The notes under the pieces are model-generated. The model was given only the letters and a program-made list of their open reading frames with translations. It ran no database searches and was not told where the DNA came from. From an uncultured delta proteobacterium (GTDB taxonomy: Bacteria > Myxococcota > Myxococcia > Myxococcales > Anaeromyxobacteraceae), in NCBI GenBank assembly GCA_963814585.1, contig CAWFDF010000006.1, positions 1-23,584 of the forward strand: a stretch of 23,584 bases of DNA, in the 5' to 3' direction. Position 1 is the stretch's first letter. Each line of letters opens with the position of its first letter. Below, piece after piece: positions 1-9,100 of the stretch. A program made the translations under genes and the position numbers.

Positions 1-780
1 GGACCGCCGCGAGAGCAGCCGGTACGCACCCACGATCGCCGCGCTCCGCAGCCGCTTGCGGAGGCGGAGCCACGCGGAGTCCGGCGCGTACCGCAGGAAG
101 ACCTGGTAGTCCTCGGCGAACTGGTGGTGGAAGCTGGCGCCGCTCTTGCTCGACGGGTACCAGCGGAACGCCGCCAGCGGGCGATCCAGGAAGAGCGGCT
201 CGGAGTCCCGGGCGAACCGCAGCCAGAGGTCGAAGTCGAAGGCGTAGCGGAGCGAGGCGTCGAGCGGGCCGACCCGGTCGGTGAGCTCGCGGCGCCAGAA
301 CACGGTCATCTGGCTGACGTAGTTCTCCAGCAGCAGCCGGTCGTAGCGGTGGGCCCGGCAGAGCCGCTCCTTGTAGGCGCTCACCCAGCGGCGGATGACC
401 CGCCCCTCCTCGTCCACGATCGGGCAGCGCCCCTGGAGCCACATCGCCTGCGGGTGCTCCCGGAAGGCCCTGGCCACGGCGTCGAGCGCGCCCGGGCAGA
501 GCAGGTCGTCGCTGTTGACCCAGCCGATCACGTCGCCGGTCGCCCGGCGCAGCCCCTTGTTGACGGCGTCGGCCTGGCCGGAATCGGGCTCGACGTGGAG
601 GGCCAGCCGGCCGGCGTACCGCCGCAGCACCTCCAGCGTGCCGTCGGTGGAGCCGCCGTCCATCACCAGGTACTCCAGCTCGAAGTCGCCGCGCTGGCCG
701 AGCACGCTCTCCACGGTCCGCTCCACGAACCGGACCTGGTCGAGCGAGGGCGTGACGATGCTGATGCGGACCGGGCTCAT
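1..780 (-). CDS. Glycosyltransferase family 2 (WcaE/WfgS-like), 3' end runs off the window
   Basis: Not in the ORF track because there is no stop in the window. Translation from ATG 780: MSPVRISIVTPSLDQVRFVERTVESVLGQRGDFELEYLVMDGGSTDGT...DSGQADAVNKGLRRATGDVIGWVNSDD...YAFDFDLWLRF, the standard GT2 motif series. Start overlaps the upstream stop (ATGA, 777-780). Confidence 0.93.
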   Translation of the reverse strand, partial: MSPVRISIVTPSLDQVRFVERTVESVLGQRGDFELEYLVMDGGSTDGTLEVLRRYAGRLALHVEPDSGQADAVNKGLRRATGDVIGWVNSDDLLCPGALDAVARAFREHPQAMWLQGRCPIVDEEGRVIRRWVSAYKERLCRAHRYDRLLLENYVSQMTVFWRRELTDRVGPLDASLRYAFDFDLWLRFARDSEPLFLDRPLAAFRWYPSSKSGASFHHQFAEDYQVFLRYAPDSAWLRLRKRLRSAAIVGAYRLLSRRS

Positions 781-1175
781 GCCGCCGGCGGTCCGGCCTG
801 GCGCTCGGCCAGGGCGCCGAGCCGCGCCACCTCCGCCCGCAGCAGGGCGCACTCCTGGGCCAGGCGGCGCGTGGTGGCCGCGGTGGACGAGCCGGCGATG
901 GTGATGGCCAGCACGTTGACGCCAAGGTAGAGGAGCCCGGCCCCGAAGACCGCGTTCGACGGGACGTGGATCCCCACCAGCTCCGCGGCCGCGGCCATCA
1001 GGGCCGGGAAGGCCGTGACCGCGATGGCCGCCAGGGTGGTGAGCAGCCAGGCCAGGCTGTCGCGCACCGAGAGCCGCTGCGTCCGGATGAGCTCGATCAC
1101 CCAGGCCAGGAACGAGACCAATACCGCCAGGGAGAGGAGCTGCAGCTCGAGGGGGAGGAAGGACGGTGCGTTCAT
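777..1175 (-). CDS. DUF2304-family small membrane protein (GacJ-like partner of a polyprenol-phosphate glycosyltransferase), 132 aa
   Basis: MNAPSFLPLELQLLSLAVLVSFLAWVIELIRTQRLSVRDSLAWLL...LVGIHVPSNAVF...RRLAQECALL: three hydrophobic segments plus the C-terminal LAQExALL helix typical of DUF2304. ATG at 1175 overlaps the TGA (1172-1174) of the corrected upstream GT2. Confidence 0.8.
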   Translation of the reverse strand: MNAPSFLPLELQLLSLAVLVSFLAWVIELIRTQRLSVRDSLAWLLTTLAAIAVTAFPALMAAAAELVGIHVPSNAVFGAGLLYLGVNVLAITIAGSSTAATTRRLAQECALLRAEVARLGALAERQAGPPAA

Positions 1176-1892
1176 GGCGACGCCTCGGGGGAGCGGACGG
1201 TCAGGCCCCGGACCGGGAGGAAGACCAGGGCCAGCGACACCTTGGCCAGGTAGTAGAGGGAGCGGAGCGCGGTGATCGAGGAGCGTGCCGTGGGCCCGCT
1301 CCCGCATCCGCACCGGCACCTCCACGACGCGCAGGCCGGCCCGGTGGGCCACCGCGATCGACTCGGGTTCCGGGTAGTCGGACGGGTAGGCGCGGGCGAA
1401 GAGCTGGATGGCGGCGCGGTTGGCGGCGCGGAACCCGCTGGTCGGATCGGTGACGCGCACGCCGCACCGCAGGCGCAGGAACCAGGAGAGGTAGCGGATC
1501 CCGACGCGGCGCGCGGCGGTCGAGCGGAAGCCGCCCGGCGCCAGGAAGCGCGAGCCGACGACCAGGTCGGCCTCCCCCCGCCGCAGCGGCCCGAGCAGCG
1601 CCTCGATCTCGGCCGGATCGTGCTGCCCGTCGCCGTCGAGCTGGACGGCGGCGTCCGCGGAGCGGTCCCGGGCCAGCAGGTAGCCGGCCTGGACGGCGCC
1701 GCCGATGCCCAGGTTCACGGGGAGGCGCAGCACCACCGCACCGGACCGGGCGGCCACGTCGGCGGTGGCGTCGCTGCTCCCGTCGTCGACCACGCAGGCG
1801 GTGGCGTCGGGCACCTCCCGGCCCAGCGCCGCCAGCAGGGCGGGGAGGGCGGTGGCCTCGTTGTAGGCGGGGATGACGACGACGGTCTTCAC
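1172..1892 (-). CDS. DPM1/GacI-like GT2 (polyprenol-phosphate sugar synthase), ~239 aa, with a +1 frameshift at 1283-1286
   Basis: GTG start; VIPAYNE, VVDDGSSD, NLGIGGAVQAG, QLDGDGQHDP, DLVVGSRF, DPTSGFRA, DYPEPE motifs. After RERAHG the family-typical tail (SSITALRSLYYLAKVSLALVFL...stop at 1172) lies in another frame; removing one base restores it. Confidence 0.85.
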
Positions 1893-1899
1893 CGGCCCG

Positions 1900-1908
1900 A
1901 GTGTAGCA
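1900..1908 (-). promoter_or_regulatory. Candidate extended -10 element (TGcTACACT) for a leaderless GT2 operon transcript
   Basis: TG-n-TACACT ends 7 nt before the GTG start at 1892; no Shine-Dalgarno is visible. Confidence 0.35.
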
Positions 1909-2038
1909 TCGGCGCCGTGACCCGGGCGTCGGGCGACCTGGGCGCACGCCGCGGTGGCGGCGGCGGCGCGGTGGTGGTATCTGGGTCGCCCGTCCGCGCC
2001 GGCCCTTCACACACACGCCGACGCGTCGCGCCGCTCAC

Positions 2039-4174
2039 ATGCACCTGCATCGCTCCGCCTTCGTCGTCCTCGTCGCCGTGCTCCTCGGTGCGCACCTGAG
2101 CGGCTGCGAGCGACCCAGGCAGCCGGCTGGCCCGCCGTCCCAGCCAGCACCGCAGGCCCAGGAGGCCCCGCCCGGCTCGCCGGCACCTGAGACGCCGGCG
2201 ACCCCTGCCGCTCCGCCCTCGCCCACCGCCCCGCCGGACCCGGGCCAGGCGATGGCGCCCGGCTCGTCACCTTCACCGGGGCAGGCCGCGCAGCCGCCCG
2301 CGACGCCGGCGGCCGAGGCCGGAGCGCCGGCGGGCGCGGTCCGCGAGGGCGCCGCTGCCACGGCAGGTGCTGCTTCGGGTGGTCCTCCGGTCGGTGCCGC
2401 GGGCGTGTCTGCAGGTGCTGCTCCGGTCGGCGCTACGGGTGTTGCCACGGTCGGCGCAGGCGGCGCTACCGCAGGGGCCGCCGCCGCGGTCGCCCCAGGC
2501 GAGCCGTCACCGACGGTCGTCCCACCCTCGCCAGCGCGGCCGGCGACCCCCGTGGCGCTGGCGGTGAAGGCCCTGGGCGAGACCCGGGCGAACGTCACCT
2601 GGGAGCCCGGATCCGGCGGGACCGAGGCGGCCCGCTTCGCGGTCTGGCGAGAGGCGGTGGTGCTGGGCACCACCTCCGAGCGCCAGCTCGTGGTCCAGGG
2701 CCTGGCCCCGACGGCCAGGTCCTGCTTCAGGGTGGTGGCCTTCGACGGCGCCGGTCGCCGGTCCGACCCCTCGGAGCCGGTGTGCATCACGCCGCCGGAC
2801 CTCACCCCTCCGAGCGCCCCGGTGGTGCGGGCCAGCGCCCCGCGGCCCGGCGCCATCCAGCTCAACTGGGACGCCTCGTCCGACAACCTGGGCGTGGCCG
2901 CCTACCAGGTCCACCGCGGCGAGGCGGTGGTGGGGAAGGCGGCCAGGCTGGAGCTCGTGGAGACGGGGCTGCTGCCTGGGCGCGAGCACTGCTACACCGT
3001 CCGCGCCGTGGACGGCGCGGGCAACCCGTCGCGGCCGTCGGAGCCCGCCTGCGCCGTCACCCTGGACGTCACGCCGCCCGCGCCACCACCCGCGGTCCGC
3101 GCCCAGCCCGTGAACGAGACGAGCATCACGCTGACCTGGGGGGTCCCCACCGACGACGTCGGCGTGGTGGGCTACGAGCTGTGGCGCGACGCCAACCTGG
3201 TGGCGAGGCCGGCCGGAACCACGGCCACCATCGACGGGTTCACCGCCGCCACCCGCGCCTGCTTCACCGTGGTCGCCCTGGACAAGGCCGGCAATCGCTC
3301 CGGGCCGAGCGAGCCGGCCTGCGCCACCACCCTCGACCTGACGCCGCCCACCTCACCGCTGCAGCTCACCGCCCGCGCCGCGAGCGACCGCCGCATCGAG
3401 CTGGGCTGGATGCCGGCCAGCGACAACGTCGGGGTCACGGCCTACCAGGTGGTGCGGGGCGGCAAGGCCCTCGCCACCGTCCCGGAGCTGCAGTGGGCCG
3501 ACGAGAAGGCCGCGCCCGCCGTCCGCGCCTGCTACGTGGTCCACGCCCTGGACGCCGCCGGCAACAGGTCGAAGCCGGGCAACGAGGCCTGCGCCACGCC
3601 CCCGGACCTGACGCCGCCCACCATCCCGGGCAGCCCGGCCGCCCGGGCGCTCTCCTTCGACACCGTCGTGCTCGGGTGGAACCCGTCCCGTGACGACGTG
3701 GGCGTGACCGCCTACGAGGTGGTGCTCAAGGGCCGCAAGCCCTTCCGCGTGGCCAAGCCGCCGGCGACCGCCGCGGGCCTGGCGCCAGTGACCGAGTACT
3801 GCCTCCAGGTCCGAGCGCTCGACGCCGCGGGAAACGCATCGGAGCTTACCGGCCCATCGTGCGCCACCACGGCGGTGGCCGGTGCCCCCCGGGCCATCGA
3901 GGACCTCCAGCCGATGGCCGACGGCGGGAAGCTGACCCTGCACTGGACCGCTTCGAGCACGCCCGGCGTGATCTACCTGATCACCGTCGACGGCGGCAGG
4001 TCGCTCGGAGCGAGCCATGAGCCGTCCTTCCGCGTGGTGGGGCTGAAGCCCGGGGAGCGCCGCTGCTTCCAGGTCACGGCCCAGGATCCCGCAGGACGCG
4101 AATCGCCCAGATCGCAGGAGATCTGCGTCGCTGGTCCCGGGGGCCCCTCCGCGGCTCCTGCCGGGAGTCGCTGA
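2039..4174 (+). CDS. Lipoprotein with Pro/Ala-rich linker and six tandem fibronectin type III domains, 711 aa
   Basis: Lipobox LSG-C23 (TGC at 2105). About 145 aa of P/A/G-rich linker, then repeats of DxTPP..P...W..S.D[ND]VGV..Y.V...A.D.AGN.S (bacterial chitinase-A1-type FN3). No catalytic domain seen. Confidence 0.9.
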   Translation: MHLHRSAFVVLVAVLLGAHLSGCERPRQPAGPPSQPAPQAQEAPPGSPAPETPATPAAPPSPTAPPDPGQAMAPGSSPSPGQAAQPPATPAAEAGAPAGAVREGAAATAGAASGGPPVGAAGVSAGAAPVGATGVATVGAGGATAGAAAAVAPGEPSPTVVPPSPARPATPVALAVKALGETRANVTWEPGSGGTEAARFAVWREAVVLGTTSERQLVVQGLAPTARSCFRVVAFDGAGRRSDPSEPVCITPPDLTPPSAPVVRASAPRPGAIQLNWDASSDNLGVAAYQVHRGEAVVGKAARLELVETGLLPGREHCYTVRAVDGAGNPSRPSEPACAVTLDVTPPAPPPAVRAQPVNETSITLTWGVPTDDVGVVGYELWRDANLVARPAGTTATIDGFTAATRACFTVVALDKAGNRSGPSEPACATTLDLTPPTSPLQLTARAASDRRIELGWMPASDNVGVTAYQVVRGGKALATVPELQWADEKAAPAVRACYVVHALDAAGNRSKPGNEACATPPDLTPPTIPGSPAARALSFDTVVLGWNPSRDDVGVTAYEVVLKGRKPFRVAKPPATAAGLAPVTEYCLQVRALDAAGNASELTGPSCATTAVAGAPRAIEDLQPMADGGKLTLHWTASSTPGVIYLITVDGGRSLGASHEPSFRVVGLKPGERRCFQVTAQDPAGRESPRSQEICVAGPGGPSAAPAGSR

Positions 4175-4202
4175 TGGAGCGGTCGTTCGTGCAGGAGAAT
4201 CT

Positions 4203-4238
4203 TGCGCCGGATTCGCGCACGTGCGCAGCTGTTGCGCC
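4203..4238 (+). promoter_or_regulatory. Two tandem TGCGC-N7-GCGC(A/C) palindromes, candidate enhancer-binding-protein sites
   Basis: 4203-4219 TGCGCcggattcGCGCA and 4222-4238 TGCGCagctgttGCGCC, about 100-115 bp upstream of the predicted sigma54 start; geometry resembles NtrC-type TGCAC-N7-GTGCA sites. Confidence 0.5.
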
Positions 4239-4299
4239 CTGGCTCGCGGACGTGGACGGGCAACCAGCCGTACCTCGGTCGGGTAGGCGACTGCTTCTC

Positions 4300-4316
4300 C
4301 CGGCATGTGTTGTGCA
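4300..4316 (+). promoter_or_regulatory. Sigma54 (-24/-12) promoter
   Basis: CCGGCATGTGTTGTGCA: GG 4302-4303 and GC 4314-4315 with the required 10-nt gap; lies just upstream of the RBS and ATG 4350. Confidence 0.6.
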
Positions 4317-4349
4317 CAGGCGGAGGCCTCAACTCTTGGAGAGTTCTCG

Positions 4350-5939
4350 ATGATTTCGACAGTCCTGATGCTGGTGCTCACCGCCACGCCCGCCAACGCC
4401 GTGATCGCCCGCGTGAACGGCGAGGCCATCACCGCGGCGGCCGTCACCGCCCGGGCCACCAGCACCCGCACCAGTCCCCAGGTGGCGGCCGATGACCTGA
4501 TCGCCGAGGTGCTCCTCGGCGCCGAGGGAGCCAAGCTGGGCGTGAAGGCGCCGGCGACGGCCGCCCCGGCCATCGAGCTCGCCCGCCGGAACGCCGCCGT
4601 CGAGCGCTACCTGGAGGTCGTGGTCTACCCGGGCGTGCAGGTCCCCGAGGCCGATCTCCGCGAGCGCTTCCACCAGCGCGGCGACCAGGTCCGGCTGCTC
4701 CTGGTGGCCCGCCCCGACGAGGCCCAGGCCAGGGCGACCCTGGCGCGGATCGCCGCGGGCGCCTCCTTCGCGGACGAGGCCGCCACCTCGGTCGACCCGA
4801 CCTCCAAGGCGAAGAAGGGAGATCTCGGCTGGCTGCCTCGCTCGGCGCTCTCCGCGGCCCTGGCCAAGGAGGCCTTCGTCGTGCCCATCGGCAAGGTGCA
4901 GGGCCCGGTCCTCGCCGAGGGCGCCTGGAGCGTCTACCTGGTGCAGGACCGGCGCCTGCCGGACGAGGCGGCCTACGCCCTGGTGAAGGACCGGCTGCGC
5001 GCAGACCTCGAGCCCCAGGCTCGCTCCGCCGCCGCGGAGAAGCACCGGGCGAAGCTCATCGCCGACCTCAAGGGGAAGGTGGACGAAAAGGCCATCGCCG
5101 CCACCGGCGACGGTCTCCAGGCCACGCCAGAGCAGTCCGCCAAGGTGGTGGCCAGCGCCGGCAGCGTCAAGATCACCTACGGCCAGGTGCTCAAGGAGCT
5201 GGGGGGCGGCCACGGCGGCGCCGGTGGACCCGGGCGCGCCTCGCCCGAGGTGAAGGCCACGCTGGCCCAGGACCTGCTCGGACGGGCCGTGCTGGAGCAG
5301 GCCGCCCTGAAGCGCTTCTCGAAGGACCCGGCGGTCCTCGCCGCGGTGGCCCGGGCCGAGCGCGCCGCCGTCGCCGCCACCTACGCCGAGAAGCTGCGGC
5401 GCGAGGCTCCCGGGCCCACCACGGCCGAGGTGGAGGGACGCTACGAGGCCCGCAAGCGCGACTTCATGACCCCCGGTGGACGGCGCTGCTTCCAGCTGGT
5501 CGCTCCGACCGAGGAGGGGGTGAAGAAGCTCGCGGCCCGGGTCGCCGCTGGAGAGGATTTCGCCAAGGTGGCCGCCGACAGCTCGGATCGCCGGAGCGCC
5601 GCCAACGGCGGCGAGGTCGGCTTCATCACCGACGAGGAGATCGGGCGGGTCGAGCGGCCGGATGGCGATCCGGCGCTGGCGGCCGCCGTGGTGGGCACCC
5701 CGCCAGGCCAGCTGAGCAAGCCCGTCAAGACCCGCGCCGGCGTCAGGGTGCTCCGCTGCGAGGCCTACGTCCCTGCCAAGGGGGCCACCCTGGACGAGAT
5801 GCGCCACCGGATCACCATGGAGCTGAAGGGGGAGCGCTCCGTCGCCGCGGTTCGCCAGAGGGCCGCTGCGCTGCGAGAGAAGGCGAGCGTCCAGGTCGAC
5901 GAGGCCGCGCTCACCGGGATGCTCCCACCGAAGAAGTGA
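4350..5939 (+). CDS. Exported PpiC/parvulin-type (SurA/PrsA-like) foldase with two rotamase domains, 529 aa
   Basis: GGAGAG RBS at 4338-4343 favours ATG 4350 over 4305. Short signal peptide, VIARVNGEAIT start, two parvulin cores (GASFADEAATSVDPTSKAKKGDLGW; GEDFAKVAADSSDRRSAANGGEVGF...SKPVKTRAG). Confidence 0.88.
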   Translation: MISTVLMLVLTATPANAVIARVNGEAITAAAVTARATSTRTSPQVAADDLIAEVLLGAEGAKLGVKAPATAAPAIELARRNAAVERYLEVVVYPGVQVPEADLRERFHQRGDQVRLLLVARPDEAQARATLARIAAGASFADEAATSVDPTSKAKKGDLGWLPRSALSAALAKEAFVVPIGKVQGPVLAEGAWSVYLVQDRRLPDEAAYALVKDRLRADLEPQARSAAAEKHRAKLIADLKGKVDEKAIAATGDGLQATPEQSAKVVASAGSVKITYGQVLKELGGGHGGAGGPGRASPEVKATLAQDLLGRAVLEQAALKRFSKDPAVLAAVARAERAAVAATYAEKLRREAPGPTTAEVEGRYEARKRDFMTPGGRRCFQLVAPTEEGVKKLAARVAAGEDFAKVAADSSDRRSAANGGEVGFITDEEIGRVERPDGDPALAAAVVGTPPGQLSKPVKTRAGVRVLRCEAYVPAKGATLDEMRHRITMELKGERSVAAVRQRAAALREKASVQVDEAALTGMLPPKK

Positions 5940-5942
5940 TGC

Positions 5943-5958
5943 TGGGTGATTTCACGCA
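5943..5958. promoter_or_regulatory. Candidate activator site (TGGGTGATTTCACGCA), same family as the 10445-10513 sites
   Basis: Imperfect palindrome. Its reverse complement TGCGTGAAATCACCCA matches TGGGCCAAAACACCCG at 11/16 positions. It starts 88 bp upstream of the -24 GG, exactly as the 10498 site does. Confidence 0.55.
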
Positions 5959-6028
5959 TGGCTGGGGGATATGCCATGATTCTCGATGATGATTCCCTGC
6001 TAAGCACCTGATCGGGCTAGCCCGCCAG

Positions 6029-6045
6029 GTGGCACCACCCATGCT
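6029..6045 (+). promoter_or_regulatory. Sigma54 (-24/-12) promoter
   Basis: GTGGCACCACCCATGCT: TGGCAC-N5-ATGCT, GG 6031-6032, GC 6043-6044, in the intergenic gap before the 42-heme gene. Confidence 0.75.
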
Positions 6046-6146
6046 GTGATCAGCACCGCTCCAGACCCTTCCGACCCCCGCCGGCGGCCTCTCCCCCCCC
6101 CCAGGAGCCGAGCCCGCCGCTGCGAGCAACGAGATCCGAGGCACGA

Positions 6147-9100
6147 ATGTTCGACCGCTCTCCCATGACGCTCCACGCAGGACCGAGGTCCGGCGCTCGC
6201 GGTCCTCACGGCGCCACGCTCCTCGCGCTGGCTGTCGTCGCGGCGGGAGTGCTGGCCCTGGGCGGGTGCTCCACCGGCGCCGGCGCCCGCGGTGGCAGCG
6301 CTGGCGGGTCCGGGCGGAAGGTCGCCGCCAAGGAGTGCGTGGCCTGCCACGCGGCGACGCTGAAGCAGCAGGCCCGCAAGCTCACCCACAAGCCCTTCGC
6401 GGACGACAAGGGGTGCGAGGCCTGCCACCGCCGCCACGGCATCGTCGGCGTCAACGTGCTCCAGAAGGAGGAGCCGGAGCTCTGCTTCGGCTGCCACGAC
6501 AAGCAGAAGAAGGAGTTCGGGCAGGGGGTGGTGCACGAGGCCATCCGCGGGACGGGCAAGGGCAAGTGCACCTCGTGCCACGCGGCCCACTCTTCCGACC
6601 TGCCGAACCTGATGCGGGTCTCGACCAACGAGGCCTGTGCCACCTGCCACAAGAAGGCGCAGCTTCAGGGGGCCAAGGTCCACGCGCCCGCCGCCAAGGA
6701 CTGCGGGACGTGCCACACGCCGCACGCCAGCTCCCAGAAGCTGCTCCTCGTCAAGGAGGAGAAGGCGCTCTGCGGCGGCTGCCACGACGCCGGCGACGCC
6801 AGGATGAAGAAGGCGCACGGTGGCCTCCCGATCTCCGGCGCGAGCTGCGTCCAGTGCCACTCCCCGCACTCCGCCGCCGCGGCCGGGGGGCTGCTCCCGA
6901 GCGTGCACGCGGTCGGGTCGGACTGCGCCGAGTGCCACACCGCCGGCTCGGACAAGGCCAAGCCCTTCGCCGTCAAGAAGGCGGCGCCGGAGCTCTGCTT
7001 CGGCTGCCACGACACCCAGCAAGCCGACCTCAAGAAGAAGGTGGTCCACCCGCCGGCCGAGGGCTGCACCGACTGCCACTCGCCTCACGCCGCCAAGGGG
7101 CCCAAGCTCCTGGTCCAGGGGGTCCGCGAGACCTGTGCCCAGTGCCACGAGCCCATCGCCGCGAAGCTGGCGACCAGGCCCCACGCGCCGGCCCGGGACG
7201 GGAAGTGCGCCGCGTGCCACGCGTCGCACGGCTCGGACAACAAGCGGCTCCTCGTCGCCACCGGCCCGGCGCTCTGCACCGGCTGCCACCAGGCCGCCGC
7301 CGACTGGCTCAAGGCCAAGGTGGTCCACGCCCCGGCCCGCTCCGGCGACTGCGGCGGCTGCCACGATCCGCACGGCTCGCCGAACGCCAAGCTGCTGGTC
7401 AAGGGCGCCGGCGAGCTGTGCTACGGCTGCCACCAGAAGCAGAAGGAGGCCTTCACCGGCGACAACGTCCACCGCCCGGTCCGCGAGGGCCAGTGCGCCG
7501 CCTGCCACCAGCCGCACGGCTCGGCGCAGGCCAAGCTCCTCAACGTCCCGGCCGCGAAGCTGTGCGACGGCTGCCACGCCTTCGACAAGCGCTACGAGAA
7601 GACCAAGCTCCACGCCCCGCTCGCCAGCGGAGGCTGCTCCGCCTGCCACGATCCCCACGTGGCCGGGCAGCCCAAGCTCCTCAAGTCCCCGGTCGCGAGC
7701 CTCTGCGCCGGGTGCCACGAGAAGGTGGCCAAGGGGCTCGACGCCAAGGGGATCGTCTCGACGCACCGGCCGGTCCGCAACGGCGAGTGCGCTGCCTGCC
7801 ACGAGCCACACGGCTCGAAGGACAAGGCCTTCCTGAGGAAGGGGCAGCTCGAGGTCTGCGGCGACTGCCACGGCGAGCTGGTGAAGCGGCTGGCGCGCAA
7901 GGACGCGCCCAGCCACGCCCCGGCCCGGGACGGCGACTGCGACGCCTGCCATGCCGGGCATGCCTCGGCCCAGCCGTCACTGCTCCTCAAGGCCGGGAAG
8001 CAGCTCTGCCTCGAGTGCCACGACGCCAAGGACGCGGCGCTGGTCAAGAGCCACTCCGGCTACAGCATCGAGGGGAGCTCCTGCCTCGGCTGCCATGATC
8101 CGCACTACGGCGACCGGAAGGGACTGGTTCGCCGCGTCGGCCACTCGCCCTTCGTCAACCGGGACTGCGGCTCCTGCCACGTGCCTGCCAAGCCGGGGGG
8201 CAGCGAGCCGAAGACCGTGGCCTCCGGGCGGGCGCTCTGCGAGGTCTGTCACGGCGACACCCGGACCAGCTTCGCCAAGAAGTTCGTCCACACTGCCGTG
8301 AAGCAGGAGCGCTGCGGCGGCTGTCACGCCCCGCACGCTTCCACCTCCGACAAGCTCCTCTCCAGGACCGGCGGGGCCCTCTGCTTCTCGTGCCACGACC
8401 CCAAGGCCTTCCAGAAGAAGGAGATGCACGCCCCGGTCAAGGCCGGCGAGTGCCTCAAGTGCCACGATCCGCACGCCTCCGACGCCAGGGGCGTGCTGGT
8501 CCGGACCGGCAACGAGCTCTGCCTGGGCTGCCACGCCGAGCAGAAGCGTGAGCTGGCGTCGAAGCACGTCCACGCCGCCGTCACCGGCGGGGCCTGCACC
8601 GACTGCCACGATCCGCACGGCTCGCCCTACCCGGCCATGCTGGTCTCGTCGCGCGAGAAGCTCTGCCTCAAGTGCCACGACACCAGGAAGCCGGCCATCC
8701 AGGCTGCACACCAGCGCTTCCCCCTGGCCGGGGTGGACTGCGCCTCCTGCCACAACCCGCACGGCTCCAGCCAGGCCGGGCTGATCCGCTCCAACTCCCA
8801 CCAGGTGTTCAGCGCGTGCGCCCGCTGCCACGCCACCACCGGCGCCAAGCCGCAGGCCCTCCTGGCCCAGAGCCCCGCGCTCTGCTTCCGCTGCCACGGC
8901 GACAAGAAGACCGAGGTCTCCGCCAAGACCGGCGTGCACGCCGCCGCCCAGGGCGACTGCACCGACTGCCACACGCCCCACGCCTCCAACGAGAAGGGGC
9001 TGGTCAAGGGCAACAAGGAGCGAGCCGTCTGCCTCGGCTGCCACGACGGGATCAAGGGCGACCTGGAGCGGTCCAGGTCGATCCACCCGGTCAAGGCCGC

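Noticed and set aside
124..930. 268-aa + strand ORF and the many other long overlapping ORFs (e.g. 6000-7961, 7977-9509, 16438-18159, 19409-22291, 21942-23570)
   Set aside because: Antisense or off-frame shadows of well-supported genes; long stop-free frames are expected at this GC content and the translations have no recognisable motifs.
2367..2470. Patch of T/A-ending codons with degenerate PVGAxGV repeats in the FN3 lipoprotein linker
   Set aside because: Short, in frame and low complexity; typical of a fast-evolving linker, with no sign of a mobile insert.
4305..4349. ORF-track starts at 4305, and likewise 8672, 10627, 12045, 16351, 18011
   Set aside because: Downstream starts (4350, 9422, 10732, 12846, 16462, 18140) give proper signal peptides with an RBS or stop/start coupling; 4305 also lies inside the sigma54 promoter.
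6093..6107. C10 tract followed by AGGAG in the leader of the 42-heme gene (phase variation?)
   Set aside because: Outside the coding sequence and promoter spacer, no standard start codon at SD distance, and homopolymer lengths look unreliable in this assembly.
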